This document shows positions 1-13,829 of a stretch of 64,000 nt of DNA, piece after piece. Numbering within the stretch: position 1 is the stretch's first letter; every line of letters starts with the position of its first letter. Origin of the DNA: Camelus ferus (lineage: Eukaryota); NCBI RefSeq assembly GCF_009834535.1, contig NC_045696.1, positions 43,960,001 through 44,024,000 on the forward strand. Reading direction: 5' to 3'. Both the position numbers and the translations under genes were made by a program. The notes beneath the pieces were generated by a model. It saw only the letters and a program-made list of their open reading frames with translations. It was not told the DNA's origin and did no database searches.

Positions 1-1885
1 CTATACACTAACAACAAACTATCAGAAAGAAAAATTAAGAACACAATTCCTTTTATAGTTGCATCAAAAAGAATAAAATACCTAGGAATAAATCGAACCA
101 AAGAGGTAAAAGACTTGTACTCAGAAAATTATATGATGCTGATGAAGGAAATTTAAGACAAAACGAATAGAAAAGATATACCATAATCATGGATCAGAAG
201 AATTAATAGTGTTAAAATGACCATACTCCCCAAAATAATCTACAGATTCAATGTAATCCTTATCAAAATACCAATGGATTTTTTTCAAAGAATTAGAACA
301 AATAATTCTAAAATTTGTATGGAAACACAAAAGACTCTAAATAGCCAAAGCAATCTTGAGAGAGAAGAGAAAGCTGGAGGTAGAATGCTTTTTGATTTCA
401 ACCTATACAAAGCTATAGTAATCAAAACAATATGATTCTGTCACAAAAACAGACACCTAGAACAATGGAACAGAATAGAGCACCCAGAAATAAACCCAAA
501 TTTATATGATTAATTAAGTCAAGAATATACAATGGGGACAAGCCTCTTCAATAAATGGTGTTGGGAAAACTAGATAGTACATGCAAAATAATCAGACTGA
601 ATGACTTTCTCACACCATAAGCAAAAATAAACTGAGAAGGATTAAAAACTTAAATGTAAGAGCTGAAGCTGTAACATTTCTAGAAGAAAATATAGGGAGC
701 ATACTCTTTGACACTGGAATTAGCAATATATTTTAGATATGTCTCTTCAGGCAAAGGAAACAAAGCAAAAATAAACAAATGGTACCAAATAAACTAAAAG
801 CTTCTGCACAGCAAAGGAAACTATCAATAAAATGAAAAGGCAGCCTACTGAGTGCGAGGAGATATTCGCAAATGATATACCCAAAAGAAGTTAATATCCA
901 AAATATACAAAGAACTCATACAACTCAACATCAAGACAACAAACAACCTGATTCATAAAATGGGCAGAAGACCTGAATAGACATATATCCGAAGAAGTTA
1001 TACAGCTGATCAACAGACACATGAAAAGATGCTCAACATTGCTAATCATCAGGGAAATGCAAATCAAAACCATGAGATACCACCTTACACCTATCAGAAT
1101 GGCTCTTATAGAAGACAACAAGTAACAAGTGTTGGAGAGATTGTGGAGAAAAGGGAACACTCCTACACTTTTGGTGGAATTGTAAATTGTTGCAGCCACT
1201 ATGGAAAACATTATGAAGATTCCTCATAAAAGTAAAAATAAAATTACCATGTGATCCAGCAAATTCACTTCTGGGTATTTACCCAAAGAGAACAAAAACA
1301 CTAACTCAAAAAAATGTATGCACTTTAATGTCCATTGCAGCATTATTTACAATAGACAAGATATGAAAATAATATGTGTCCATTGACACATGAATAGATA
1401 AAGTAAATATTATATACAAACTATATATATAAAACTCAGCCATAAAAAAAGAATCTTGACATTTGTGATAACATGGGTAGATCCAGAGGGTATTATTCTA
1501 AGTGAAATAAGTCAGAGAGGAAAAGACAAATACTACATGATCTCTCTTACATGTGGAATCCAAAAAACAAACAAACAAAAAACCTCAGTAAACTAAAGAA
1601 AGACTCATATATACAGAGAATAATTGGTGGTTGCCAGAGGGATGGGGGTCGGGGGTGGGTGAAATAGATGTAAGGGATCAAGAGGTGCAAATTATATAAT
1701 AAATAAATTGGAAGTATAATATACAGCATGAGTATTATGGTCAATAATATAACTTTGTATGCGAACAGATAGTTACCTGATTTATCATGGTAGTCTTTTC
1801 GTTAATGTATGCACATGTCAAAACATTATGTAGTATATACTTGAAACCAATATAATATTGCACATTAACTGTATTTACATTTTAA
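1..1885 (+). mobile_element. LINE-1 3' portion (ORF2 C-terminal region plus 3' UTR), decayed, runs off the window start
   Basis: ORF fragments 217-435 (MTILPKIIYRFNVILIKIPMDFF) and 1029-1229 resemble L1 ORF2 with frameshifts. A G-rich L1 3' UTR tract lies at ~1630-1690. Confidence 0.95.
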
Positions 1886-2109
1886 CCATGTTTTAGGCTG
1901 AAATAATGTGATCAACGATAATCATTTTACTTTAATGATAACTTAGGTTACCGTGTACTTAACCACTTTTAACATGATTCACCTAAAGAATATTAAAAGT
2001 AACAAACATAAATTCCTATGGCTAATCTAATCATGGACCCATTCTCAGTCCACTATGATATTCCCTTATTGAAAGCAAACGCTTCATAAATTATAAATAA
2101 CTCTTTCAC

Positions 2110-2128
2110 TGTTGTTGTTGTTGTTGTT
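2110..2128. repeat. (GTT)6 microsatellite
   Basis: tgttgttgttgttgttgtt seen directly. Confidence 0.9.
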
Positions 2129-3017
2129 CTCTGTTTTTTTTTGAGTGGAAGTTGTTTCAATGGGTACTAGACTTTTACTTAGTTCATTTCTTTCCTCCAA
2201 TAGACCTCAAGGACATTTTGCTAATTTGAGCATCTCTATCAACCATCTTGAGACTCTCCGTTTCATTAACAAATGAGTATTTCAGACCACCGGTCCCCAA
2301 GGTCTTTCAATAATTGTGAAATTCCTCTCTCTATAGTCAGTTGTTCTTTTATATCTCTGTGAGTAAACAAGCTGTTAGAATGAACACATACACGTCAATC
2401 TTTTATGCCTTTCCATTTCATAGGTCACCTGTGTTTAACACTGGTTCCACTGTAAACACTTCAATGACAAAAAACATGCTTTTAAAGGAGGAGTACTTTT
2501 GATTAAACAAAGGAAAATAAAGGTTCTAAACATCAGTATCATATTCACATTCTCATAATGAATTATATTACTCTTTATTTCCTGAAGAACTATATATTTA
2601 TGCATGAAAAATAAGCTTTCAATCTATAAGAATGTGTTATTTAACACTTACAGGGTTTTTGTAAGTAGTATAAACTGCATAATTGTTGACTATCACTTTT
2701 AGCATTTATATTTCTTCCTTTATTTCTTCACTGCTGTTCTTTGTCCTCTGGAAATGTTAAATATTTACCAATAAAAAGATTGACATTCCTAGACTTCAGT
2801 TCTCTAAAAAATAAACATTTGATTTAAATTGCCTTAAAAATGTTAAGGAATTTATAGACCATCTTCTTTCCAACTACAAAATATCAATGGAATGAACACT
2901 AAGAAACATATTATATATCCAAATTGAAATGTACGTGAAGTCAGATAAGGAGTTTCTCAATAGGAAAATTTCTTACTTTATTTCTGGCTGCATTGTGAAA
3001 TGTTTTTTACAACATCT

Positions 3018-4200
3018 GGTCTGTGGATCATGGAGGTTAAAACTATTTTCATAACAACACTTAGGTGTTTCTTGCCATTTTCACATCTGACACCTGCACT
3101 GATGGTGCAAAAGAGTTAATGGGTGAAAGTGACTGTATAAATCAGGGCAATGGCTAAATTTTAATAGTAGTCATTTGCTGTGAAAATAAAATGCCAATTT
3201 CATTTAAGATAAGCTAGTAATATTTATTCATTTGATTAAACAAAGTTAAATACATCTTTTAAAAAATACATTTTTTAAAGAAAATAGTCCTTACAACAAA
3301 AGGGGAGTCAAATTGTGGTTATTTAGACTTCAGCATTTGGCAGACATTTTCTTAAAAATGAACAAAAGGAGCACGCCACTTTAAGGAAAACAAATGACAG
3401 TGTTTATATTAAATGATAAAATTTAAGATTTTGAAAGAATATTAAAATTTTGGAAGACTTGTATCTGTCACTATGAGCTTGGCAGCCTCCCAATTCTTAA
3501 AGACTTTTCTAATTAGATCAGCAGTGACATTAACAAAGATATAATTTTCTTTTGATATTTTTAAGTGACAAGTGATAACTTTTGGACCTACATAATCAGT
3601 GAACCAATATTTTCCAAATGACCAGTCCATGATGTTCGAAATTGCTTGTGGGTAAAATATTCCTTCAAAGTGCAAACTACATAAATGGATTTTAATATGA
3701 GAGTGCTAAAGCTTAATGATAAGCTTTCAAATTCCACATTGCATTTTGCTTTGAAGAAATTACCACATGTTGAATTTGGCTTAGTGTCACAAAAGAATAT
3801 CCACTATTATCTAAAAAAATTAAAATACTTCTCCTTTTCTAAGTACATATTTGTAGGAATCCTGCTTTTCCTCATATGTTTCAGTCAAAAGAACAAATTG
3901 AAATTGTTATCTTCCACTCAGCCAGCAGTTAAAGATATATACATAAACGTAAATCTATATTACCTCACTAGCTTTTTATTGTTTTGGAAATACAGTCATT
4001 TTTCATTTTTAAAAGATACCAGTTTTTATAAAAATATAATAAGTTTTATATTGTGATTATCAACTGAGTTAATCATTATTTAATATTTTTATTGCTTTTA
4101 TTATTTCAATAGAGGTATTAATTGGTATACCCACTTGAAGAAAAGCTCATTGATAATCTCAATAATATTTGAGGGAGGGCAAATATTTATTGAAAGGGTC
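3018..4200 (+). mobile_element. hAT-Charlie DNA transposon (Charlie1-like) with decayed transposase
   Basis: TGCACTGATGGTGCAAAA at 3095 encodes CTDGAK. ~3316-3390 reads WLFRLQHLADIFLKMN..., matching the hAT WLxxLAYLADIF motif. The start ggttaaaactattttcataac resembles Charlie1. Confidence 0.85.
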
Positions 4201-4204
4201 AAGT

Positions 4205-4330
4205 TATTTTATTTCTTGACCTAAGTATTTGTTACACAGAAGTTTACTTTGAGGTAAACAGTTGAGCTGTACATTTTTTGCTTTGTCCTCTTTTGTATAC
4301 CTGCAAGCTATGTTACACAGTTTGAAAAGC
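4205..4330 (+). mobile_element. Old L1 (L1ME-type) 3' end fragment
   Basis: tttcttgacctaagtatttgttacacag...tgagctgtaca resembles ancient L1 3' termini. Confidence 0.5.
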
Positions 4331-4559
4331 TTTAATAATAGAAAGTTTACTAGAGTCTTTTGAGAAAGACTTATGAAACTTCTTCTCCTATGGGAATGAC
4401 TGAAAAAGCAGATAGCCTGGATTGACATTGATAGTCACCTTATAATCAGCCTTGGAATAATTCTGAGTCTCCCCAAATCGAGAACTTACTAATTCTAATA
4501 ATGTACTGTACTTCTTTTGGATATTAAATGCAGAATTTTATGAAATTATGGCTATAATA

Positions 4560-5180
4560 ATATTTCTTCCTTTCTGATGCTTATACTTTATTTACTTAAT
4601 ATTATTTCATTGGCTCAAAATATAGTACATTATTGAATAAAAGTAACAAATGCAATCATTCTTGTTTTTTTCTAGATCTCCAAAAAAGCAGTTTTAAAAC
4701 TTTATTCTCAACTAATGATGTTTGGTGAATTTTTTAAATTAAATAATTTTTATTATATTGAGAAGCCACAATTTAAAAAAAAAAACTTGAGTTTTTTAAA
4801 AACTATTAACAAATGTTGAACTTTATTAAATGATTTTCTCATAATTACTGAAATGACTATATGGGTTACATCCTTTATACTTTTATTTTGTCACTATGGT
4901 AGATTGTATGACTGATTTTTAATGTTAAACCAATTTTGCTCTCCTTGTTTAATTTTTATAACCAATTTGGTAATAAGATATAACTACTGAAAATATATTT
5001 CTGACTTTACTTTGCAATTTTGTTTTAAGTGTTTTTCAAGTATGTTCATGAATGATGACCTACAGCTTATCCTTTCTTGTGATAGCCTTGTCAAGTTTTA
5101 CTCTTGAAGTTAACCTGTACTCATAAGATAGATTGGGAAGTGTTCTTTTTTATGTTTATGGCAAGAGTTTGTGTAAGTTT
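4560..5180 (-). mobile_element. Old L1 ORF2 fragment
   Basis: T-rich antisense L1 RT-region sequence (agtacattattgaataaaagt...cattcttgtt; aatgttgaactttattaaatg). Confidence 0.8.
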
Positions 5181-5189
5181 TATAAAAAA

Positions 5190-5802
5190 TAAACTTACTA
5201 TTTTGAGATAATTGTAAAATTACATGGGGTTGTAAGAAATCATACAGAGCGATCCTATGTACACTTTATGCATTTGCCCCAATGGTAATGTTTTGTGAAA
5301 CTATACAATATCACAGTCAAGATATTGACATTGAAACAATAAAAACAGAACAGTTCATTCAACAAAATAATATATTGTATTGTCTTTTTATACTCACCCC
5401 ACATCCCTCCTAACCTGTACCCCCATCCCTGAACTCTAGATACCACTAATCTGTTATATAAATGGAGTCATATAAAATATTATACAAACGGAATCATAAA
5501 GTAATAGTTGGCTTTTTTCAGTCAGCATAATTCTCTGGAGATTCATTTAGGCTACTGTTTCTATCAATGGTTATTCCTTTTTATTGCTGAGTAGTGTCCC
5601 ATGGTATAGATATACCACAGCTTGTTTAGCCTGTCACCCATTGAACAACATTGGATAGTTTTAGTTTGGGGTTATTGAGACTAAAGCTGATATGAACATT
5701 TGTGTATAAGATATTGTGTGAACATAAGATTTTCCTTTCTCTGGGGTTAAATGCCTAGGAGTACAATTTCTGGGTTATACAGTAGTCACGTGTTTAATTT
5801 TA
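5190..5802 (-). mobile_element. L1MC-type 3' end
   Basis: ttttgagataattgtaaaattacatggggttgtaagaaatcatacagag...ccccaatggtaa is characteristic of antisense L1MC 3' UTRs. Confidence 0.8.
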
Positions 5803-5821
5803 CCTACTTTTTTGCTTTTGT

Positions 5822-6412
5822 TTTTCTTTTTTATTGAGATGAAATTTATACAACATAAAATTAACCATGTTAAAATGTACAGTTCAGTAGTACTAGTGCA
5901 TTCACAGAGCTGTGCAGTTATTACTGTATCTAATTCTAAAACATTTCCTCACCCCCAAAGAAGACCTCATGCCCATTGAACAATAACTCCCCACTTCTCT
6001 TTACCACCAGCCCTGACAACCACTAATCTGCTTTCTGACTCTGTGGATTTAACTATCTTTGGTATTTTACATAAATGGAATCATGTAGTATGTGACCTTT
6101 TGCATCTGGCTTTCTTCACTTGGCATAATGTTTTTGAGCTTCATTCATACTACAGTATCTATCAGGCTTTATTCATTTTGTGGACTGAATAACATCCCGC
6201 TGTATGGATGTACTACATTTTGTTTACATGTCCATTAGATGACAGATGTTTGAATTGTTTCTACATTTTGGCTATTGTGATTAATGCTGTTATCAATATT
6301 TGTGTACAAATATTTGTTTGAATACCTTTTCTCAGTTCTTGTGCATATCCAAGAGTGGAATTACTGGGTCATATAGAAGTTCTGTGTTTAACTTGTTGAG
6401 GAACCATCAAAT
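5822..6412 (-). mobile_element. L1MB-type 3' end
   Basis: ttttattgagatgaaatttatacaacataaaattaaccatgttaaaatgtacagttcagt...gaggaaccatcaaa is characteristic of antisense L1MB 3' ends. Confidence 0.85.
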
Positions 6413-7227
6413 TGAGATAGTGTTTGTGAGGGTCTGTGGTGTAAGAAAATTCATATTTACTTCTAAGGCACACCTTCAATATATCTTAATCCAATATAGA
6501 GATTTTTAATGGAGTTTGTCTATAATTTACAAGTACATAGATTTCAATATCTGATGCTTGTAGCCTCATGAAGCTTTCGAAGTGTTGATTACTGTCTCCA
6601 ATTCTATTAATTGGTTAATAATTCAGCTGATTCTTACTGAATTGGTAAAAGTCCAGGAAAACAGTAGCTCCTATGACCTGGATATTCTACTAAGTCTCCA
6701 ACCTCCTCTAGATCCTAGCCCAATAATTTTTCACTGGTCTATTAATTAAAAATGACTTGAAGCAGAATTTTAAAACAATTTTTTCTGATTTGGGGCCTTT
6801 TAAAGTAAGTTCTGTGCAAATAATTAGTCTGCCATTAATAAAGGAATTTACAGATACATTATTATTTCATTATTTAATTGCTGTAAGCACTAGAGATTCA
6901 TTCTAAATGAATGCATACATCAATTATCCACTGCCTGCTCTGAAAGGCAACTTTTCCCTTTCCATTATACTGTTTCAACACATTCCCTTGTGTGAAATAA
7001 ATCATTCATCCCTTCCTTTGAGGTTTGTACTTTGCCAGTAACACTTTCTAAACAGTTTCTATCTGCCTCTCTCAGATATCATTTAGCCAATGTTCTTATA
7101 TTTCCTCATGATCAATTCCAAAGATGTCTTTCTTGTTCTTTTGGGAAGTCTTAAATTTTTTCCCAACAATTTTGAACGCTTGATTCTCAGAAGTGAAATA
7201 ATGTTTTCTGAATTCAATAACAATGCC

Positions 7228-7390
7228 TATATGAAGTTGATTACAAAGGGATGTGAGAAAAATTTTTACAGTGACGGAAATATTCAATATCTTGGCTGTG
7301 TTGATGTTTACACAATTGTATGCCTTTATCAAAGCTCACAGATTCTTATACAAAAGCAGATGAATTTTACTGTACATGAAATTTTAAAAG
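7228..7390 (+). mobile_element. Old L1 (L1MD/ME-type) 3' end fragment
   Basis: aaagggatgtgagaaaaatttttacagtgacggaaatattcaatatcttggctgtg...gaattttactgtac. Confidence 0.7.
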
Positions 7391-7585
7391 TGAATCAAAA
7401 TATAATTTGGGGAGCAAAAGAAGCTTATGGAATTCTCTCCTTGAAAAAAATAGATTGGCACCCATGCTAACTATAATCATAGCTAACTCATAACAATGGT
7501 CAACGAATATGTTTAATAGCACATGTGTTATCCTGGCATTACTTAATGACCCCTAAGACAGTTGTCATGACTTTCTAGATCTGAT

Positions 7586-7790
7586 CTGCATTGTCCAATA
7601 TGGTAATCAACAGCTACATGTGGCTGTGTATATTTAAATTTATTAAAATTAAATAAATTAAAATTTTAGTTTCTCAATCACACTAGCCACACTTCAAGTG
7701 TTTAGGCAAAATACCTTAGAGGCTACCATATTGGACATCACAGATATAGAATATTGCCTTTATCACAGAGGAGTCTAGTAGACAGCTCTA
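7586..7790 (-). mobile_element. MER3-like hAT-Charlie MITE, full length
   Basis: Matches the recalled MER3 consensus (ctgcattgtccaatatgg...ctagccacacttcaagtg...accatattggaca). Flanked by the 8 bp repeat TTCTAGAT at 7573-7580 and 7791-7798. Confidence 0.9.
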
Positions 7791-8129
7791 TTCTAGATAG
7801 TTACCTAATTACTCTTAAGAGATACTTAAAGAATTGTATTTCCCAGCCTTTCAGCTATTGAAAATATTTGATTTAAAATACATATGCTGTACCAAATATC
7901 TTACAAAATTTATATTAAATATGTGGTTACTGTGAGCAATGTTTTATATATTATCATCTAGATGTCAATTATAAAATAATTCAATAGATTAGTTTGTTCC
8001 TTAAAAAGTTTAAAATAATATAATAACAATTAGGTATATGCAAATATATATGCATAACTCGAGGTAGTTCTCAATATAAAATATATTATTAAACGTGACA
8101 CAAGTTTAGTACCATAAGAATACAGAAGG

Positions 8130-8660
8130 ATGGGTTTTGTCATTATAAGAATGCAGATGAATCAGTTTTTAAGTCATGAAGGTAGGGACATTATGGAAGA
8201 ACTTGGAGCTGTAAGGAATGTGTTAAATTTCCTAAGTAGATAAAATAGAATCCATAAAAATTCTTAAAATGTCATAGAGTAAGAAATTCTGAGTGGAAAA
8301 GGAGACAGAAGAGATGAAGACATAGAGAGCTGTGTGCTTTCCAAATTGATTAATCAAATCTAAATACATAGAATCCATTTTAGGGAAAAAGTAAAAGATA
8401 ATGCTAGAAAGACAGAAACAATTATGTTTGTGAGTTTTTGATAAGAAATAAACTCTTTTAACAAATATAAATCATTTACAATGGTAATAGACAGTTTTGA
8501 GCAAGACTGATTCAGTTATTATGGTGTGTTAAGAGTATGAATACAACAGCCTGATTATGATATGCTAGGGTCCAGTCTGAAAATAGAGTGAACAGTTAGA
8601 AAATTGAGACTATGTGGATGAGGCACAAAACTAATGGCTTGATAATAAGCATCGACAGAT
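8130..8660 (-). mobile_element. Highly decayed L2 fragment
   Basis: Purine-rich sequence with L2-like motifs (ttttgagcaagactgattcag). Weak similarity only. Confidence 0.4.
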
Positions 8661-10813
8661 ATAAATGTATGGGAGAAACAGCAACACAATTTCATATGTT
8701 ATCTACCATCACCAACCTGACCATCTTTTTCAAAGGACTCAAAGAGAAAGGATGTGTTTATTAGTGTATGAGTATTCTTCTTAAAGAGACCAATGATCAA
8801 ATGAGAAAAAAATATTGTTATAAATAATATCGATCTTTGGGATTTACTGCACCTGAGTTTTTTTGTCTATAACGTAAAAATTTTAAAACTCTCAACTAAA
8901 AGTAGCTGTAAATTACATTTTACAAAATAATAACTAATATTTATACATCACTAATAACTTGAGGTATAAACTTTTTACACCTATGTTTTTAGTTCATTGT
9001 TACGGCAACACTTTTAAGTAAGATCTATTGCTATTGATATTTTTAAGGATAAAGGCATTTAGATTAAGATAGGACAGATAATTTTTTTTAAAAAAAGCAA
9101 CCAAGTGTCAGAGTTTATTGAAAATATGTTTGATGTCTAATCTGAAGTTCTATACTGTTACATTTTATGCTTCTCCTGGTTTCTTTAGATTCTTTGGATT
9201 ATTCTGACCTCATGAAGCCTTCTATATATTGACTGCAGAAAACATTATTTCACTTCTGATAATTGTATGTTCAAAAATATGTTTGAAAAAATTTAAAAGT
9301 TTATAAGAGGAAACATTAAAATATTATTTATTTACAAAAATTGTGTATGGTTTTGTAAGTTGGAATAAGGGATTTTAAAAAATATTAAGTGTAATGAGGG
9401 AACTAATGCAGTCTGTTATTTGTGAGAGAAAATCTGACATACACTTTCTAATGAGGACAAGGTGTGCTCTGTAGAGTATGGATTTAGTGGAGTAGTAGTG
9501 CCATTAAGGTGAACAATTGTAAAACTATTGTAGAGACAAAAGGAGATCTGTTTTTAAAGTAGGAAGTGTTTTAAAGAGGGAATATTAGAAATAGCAAAAA
9601 TGGATTGTTATTAATGGTTTGGAAGAGGCCAGACTTGAGAGTACTTGCTGAAAGATAAGAAGTAGGGGTAAAAAAAGTGAAATAAAGGTAATTGAATACC
9701 TTTAATTGAAAAAAATAGATATATCCTTATATATTTTAATGCTATATATTTATAATTATATGTCATATTATAAATAAAATGTTAAAATATTTTCATAAAA
9801 TTATTATAAAGTAATATGTTTACTACACTATTCATCATCTAATATTGAGCTCTTTCCAATTGTGTCACTAAAGTATCACTGAAATGTTTCAGTTAACTGT
9901 ACCTGCAGATATTATAGTTTTATATACAGAAAAATGCTTTTTTCCAGAAATTCCAACTTATTAATAAAATACTAAATACTTCTTTAGGATTGACTAGAAT
10001 GAAATTCTCTCATTAAGTCTCTCATTTGCATTTATCATTTCACATGGTTTAGAAACTTTCAACAGAGTTTTAGTCCTTCCTTCTAATTCTTCAGTTTAAA
10101 CAATGTAAATCAACTCAAAATATTTTAAATATAGTTTATAATTTAAAAATAATTTTTAATAAAATTTTAAATATTTATACATCTTGATTTTCAATTGTCT
10201 TATTAGCTGAGGAAACTAACAACATTGATTTTATTCTTATGGTTTTCCTAGGTTATTTATGTTAACTTCAAATTTTTTATAAATATTAAAATTCATGACA
10301 TCTTAAAAATTTTGTCTATCTGCAGTGATTCATTTATGTTTAAATAGCTCAAAGTTTTAAGCAGGTATATCAAAAGTAATTTTAGATGTAATAAAATATT
10401 TTGGATGGATATATTTGTCCTGTGTTTGAAACTATATACTAGTCCTTTCAAAGAGATTCCGTGATATAATACATTCAGCCAATATTCAAAGAGCTATTTG
10501 TGAAAATACCTTTTCATTAGAATATTCGTGCATTAAATAATCATTAAAATATAATTTCACATTTTCTTTTATCTCAAAAATCTGTTTTGCTTATATAGAC
10601 AAGCCTGGATTAAATTACTCTAAATATGCACAAATATTCACAGCTTTCCTATCTGTCCTTTTGGATAAGGGGTATGAAAGCTTATTTGCTAAACTGCAAA
10701 GTGCTATTAAAATATATGACCTTATTATAAAAATGTCATTTTATAAGTGACAAGGAAAATTGCTTCCTGTATACGGTGAAATAAATATCACAGTTTTCCT
10801 TATTCCTTTTCAG

Positions 10814-10873
10814 ATCCTCATATTAAACCAGATCATCATCAGTTTTTCCACTTAAATACAAGGGGTTCACTGG
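10814..10873 (+). other. Candidate 60 nt internal exon (phase 1-1)
   Basis: Acceptor ttttccttattccttttcag and donor TGG|gtaagt. Only one open frame: xPHIKPDHHQFFHLNTRGSL. Product not recognised. Confidence 0.35.
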
Positions 10874-11399
10874 GTAAGTTAATAATTTTTGTGTTACTAT
10901 AGCATATTGTCATGTGACCTAGGTTATTTAAATGCATTTGGCTCTCTCCTATCCTGGATTTAAATATTTGATTAATGCTTTCTAAAGTCTATTAGTATTT
11001 TCTACTTATTTTCTCTACTTCCTCTTTTCATGAAGAAGCTAAAACTGACAAAGTGAAAAAGTATTGATTTCTGTTCCCCTCTCTTTCTTCTTTGGTATTT
11101 CTTGAAGTTTTTCACTAGAGACATTTTAATAATCACTCAAGCAAATGAGTGCCTCATTATCATCATTTGATCTTATAGCCAGATGATCAGTTTAGGTTTC
11201 TTGAGACAGATGCAAATAAGTAGAAATAATACATACAAATGAGAGTTAATATGGCATTTTCAAAGTATTATGTAGAAAATTAATTAAATATCTAAAATCT
11301 ATATATTTTATAAATATCTGTAAGTAAATACTAATATTGACATGTATATTATAATGATATAAATACATATTAAGTTAAACTATTACAGGTCTTCAGAAC

Positions 11400-12070
11400 A
11401 CATTAATCCACAACTATTCACTGAACTTCTATGTTCTAAGCACTGCTCTTTTTAGTGGGGAAAGGAGAGGAAAGGTCTAATGCCTGCCTCCAAGAAGTTC
11501 ACACACTGAGGAGGACTCAGACATATAACAAACAGACATATATTCATGCTGTAGAAGAACATAGAATGAGCACCTCACCAGGTCTTCGTGGATGAAGTCT
11601 CTTCCTAGAGAAAGGAGTGCTAAATTGATGGCTGAAGTCTGAACAGAGCTTAGCAGAAGAATTAGCAGAGAATTCCAGCCAGGAGGAAGAGTGCCTTCCA
11701 AAACTATAGATCAGAGGCCAATGCATGGTGAGAAAACATGAGTTTTACAGGTGTTACAAGAGGAAAGAACCATGTGGTAAGGCTTTAGAGGTTATCAGAG
11801 GCTAGGTTAAGTGGCCCATGTTAGACGTTTGGATTTGACCCTAAGGCAATGGGCAGGGGCTGGAGATCTTTATAAGAGGTGTACACATGCTCAGATTTGC
11901 ATTAATGTGAACAAGGTAATTCTAGGTTTATGAACTGGGGATCAAGATTAGGTGTTAAGCAGCTTTAGTGAAATAAGATATGATGGCCTTGACTTGAGTA
12001 ATGATGGGAAGGATGAAACAATCTGGATAGAGAGGTGAAGAGCAACACAGATAAGACTAGAAAAAGACTT
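11400..12070 (-). mobile_element. L2 3' region
   Basis: tattcactgaacttctatgttctaagcactg...cctgcctccaagaagttcaca...tttggatttgaccctaaggcaatggg are typical of antisense L2. Confidence 0.75.
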
Positions 12071-13829
12071 CTTTGATTGAGAAGTGAGTGACATTTTAAT
12101 AAATATAACTGCCAGAAAGTTTTCCAAGGAGAATTTCCCTTTTAACATTTTGAGTTATGCGGTCATATAAATACATACAGTATTCAATGCACAAAGAAAT
12201 AAAGTAAGACTTTTTCATTATGTAAAAGTTCATATTTACAGAATTTACTTATGTAAACTATCTCCACCACCCTAAGGAAATTTGTTTATTATTCATCACA
12301 AAATAATCTTTACCATTATCTGTTAGCTGCTGTGTAAATTTTTTAAAAAAAGGAAGTATTTAAAAAATTATGAACATTCTAATTTTGTGTACGTATTTGG
12401 CCTTATCTTAATGATATAATCTTGCTAGAAAAGAATGTTTCATAGACCTCTTTGAAATCATTTCCTAAAGTCTACCTTTACCACATAATCACATCCCTCT
12501 TTTTATAATGGCTTTTATTGGTATAAATAGACAAGCAGAGACTGAGTTCCAGTCAGTTATAATAAGCTAACCGTACATGGTTTAGCTAATTTTTGTTACT
12601 AAGCAAAATGAATGAGATATTGTTTTATTTTTGCTTAAGACTGAAAGCTTTTATATTACTTGTGTACATTAGTGAACCATTATACCATGAGAAATTATTA
12701 AATTATTGGCTATCTTTTTCAAAATCTTTGACTACATTTTATTAAGTGTCTTTTTAAGAAATGCATTATGAGTCGCTAGTTCCATTTTTAACAGAATTAT
12801 TTTCTTTTTACTCTGTTCTTAAAAACAATGTCTAAGTGAAAAACAAGTCTAAAGTTTATTGGAGTAGCCTATCACTTTCCTTTACAGAATGCAACATAAC
12901 TCCTACAGGATCATTTAACATTCATGCAGATCACTATTTATTAGCAGGGGAAAGCAGCTACATTAAATGAGAAAGGAATTCCCCTCCCCACCAAGCTATC
13001 CTCTGTACCTGACCCTCTATATTCTTTCGTGTGGCATTTTAATCTAATGATTCCTCTGTAAAGATGTTTTACATGCTTATGAGATAAGAGTTCCCTTTAT
13101 ATTTAGAAAGCTTCTTGCCTAAAAATGATAATATCAAACAATCCAAAGACAAACTTACAGCTTCAAGATATTTTTGAAAACATAGGGAAGAATGTTTTTC
13201 TATTGTTTCTTAACCATGCATTATGTATATCCCCAAAGCAGGTGAGTGATATAAGGAGTTGGTGTTCAGAATCATTAAGTAATAAGAATCATGTAGATTT
13301 TAGTTGTTATAAGGTGATATATATTAAAATTTTAAATAAGAATAAAATTATTTCTATATAAAATTATTCTTTTTGAGTGACTTGGCACATGCTTCTTGAT
13401 AAATGTGACTGCTTCAGTCCTTGACTTCCCATGCATCACTATGAGAGCATTGAACTCAGTTGTGTATGTTTAAATTTGTATTGTTTATTAACAAATACTT
13501 CTGTGAAAGACCTGGCCTCTAAGCTTATGAAATTTCTCTAACAAGGAAGGAAGTCTGGTAAGTAAATATACTGTCCATTGAAAATTCATTAAATAGTCAT
13601 ACCTTCTTGTGTAGTGCCACATTCTTGAAGCATGATGAAGATAATTAGAGGGAAAAGATTTGGCAGGTTTGGGCAGCTGGTCACTAAGACTATTTTCAAT
13701 CCCAGCACAGAAGCTCTTCTAACCATTATCACTTCCTTCACTGTCTTCAACTACATAATTTACTCTTACGATATGCTCAATATACTATCCCGACTGAGAC
13801 TAGGAAGCTTGTAATCAGTGGGAAGCCTG

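Noticed and set aside
7090..7470. Longer AT-rich ORFs (7090-7470, 3685-4056, 33321-33689, 57137-57499)
   Set aside because: They overlap TEs or have low-complexity F/L/I/K composition with no recognisable domain; consistent with chance frames.
10024..11902. Octamer motifs ATTTGCAT/ATGCAAAT at ~10024, ~11209 and ~11895
   Set aside because: Expected by chance in AT-rich DNA, and one lies in an L2.
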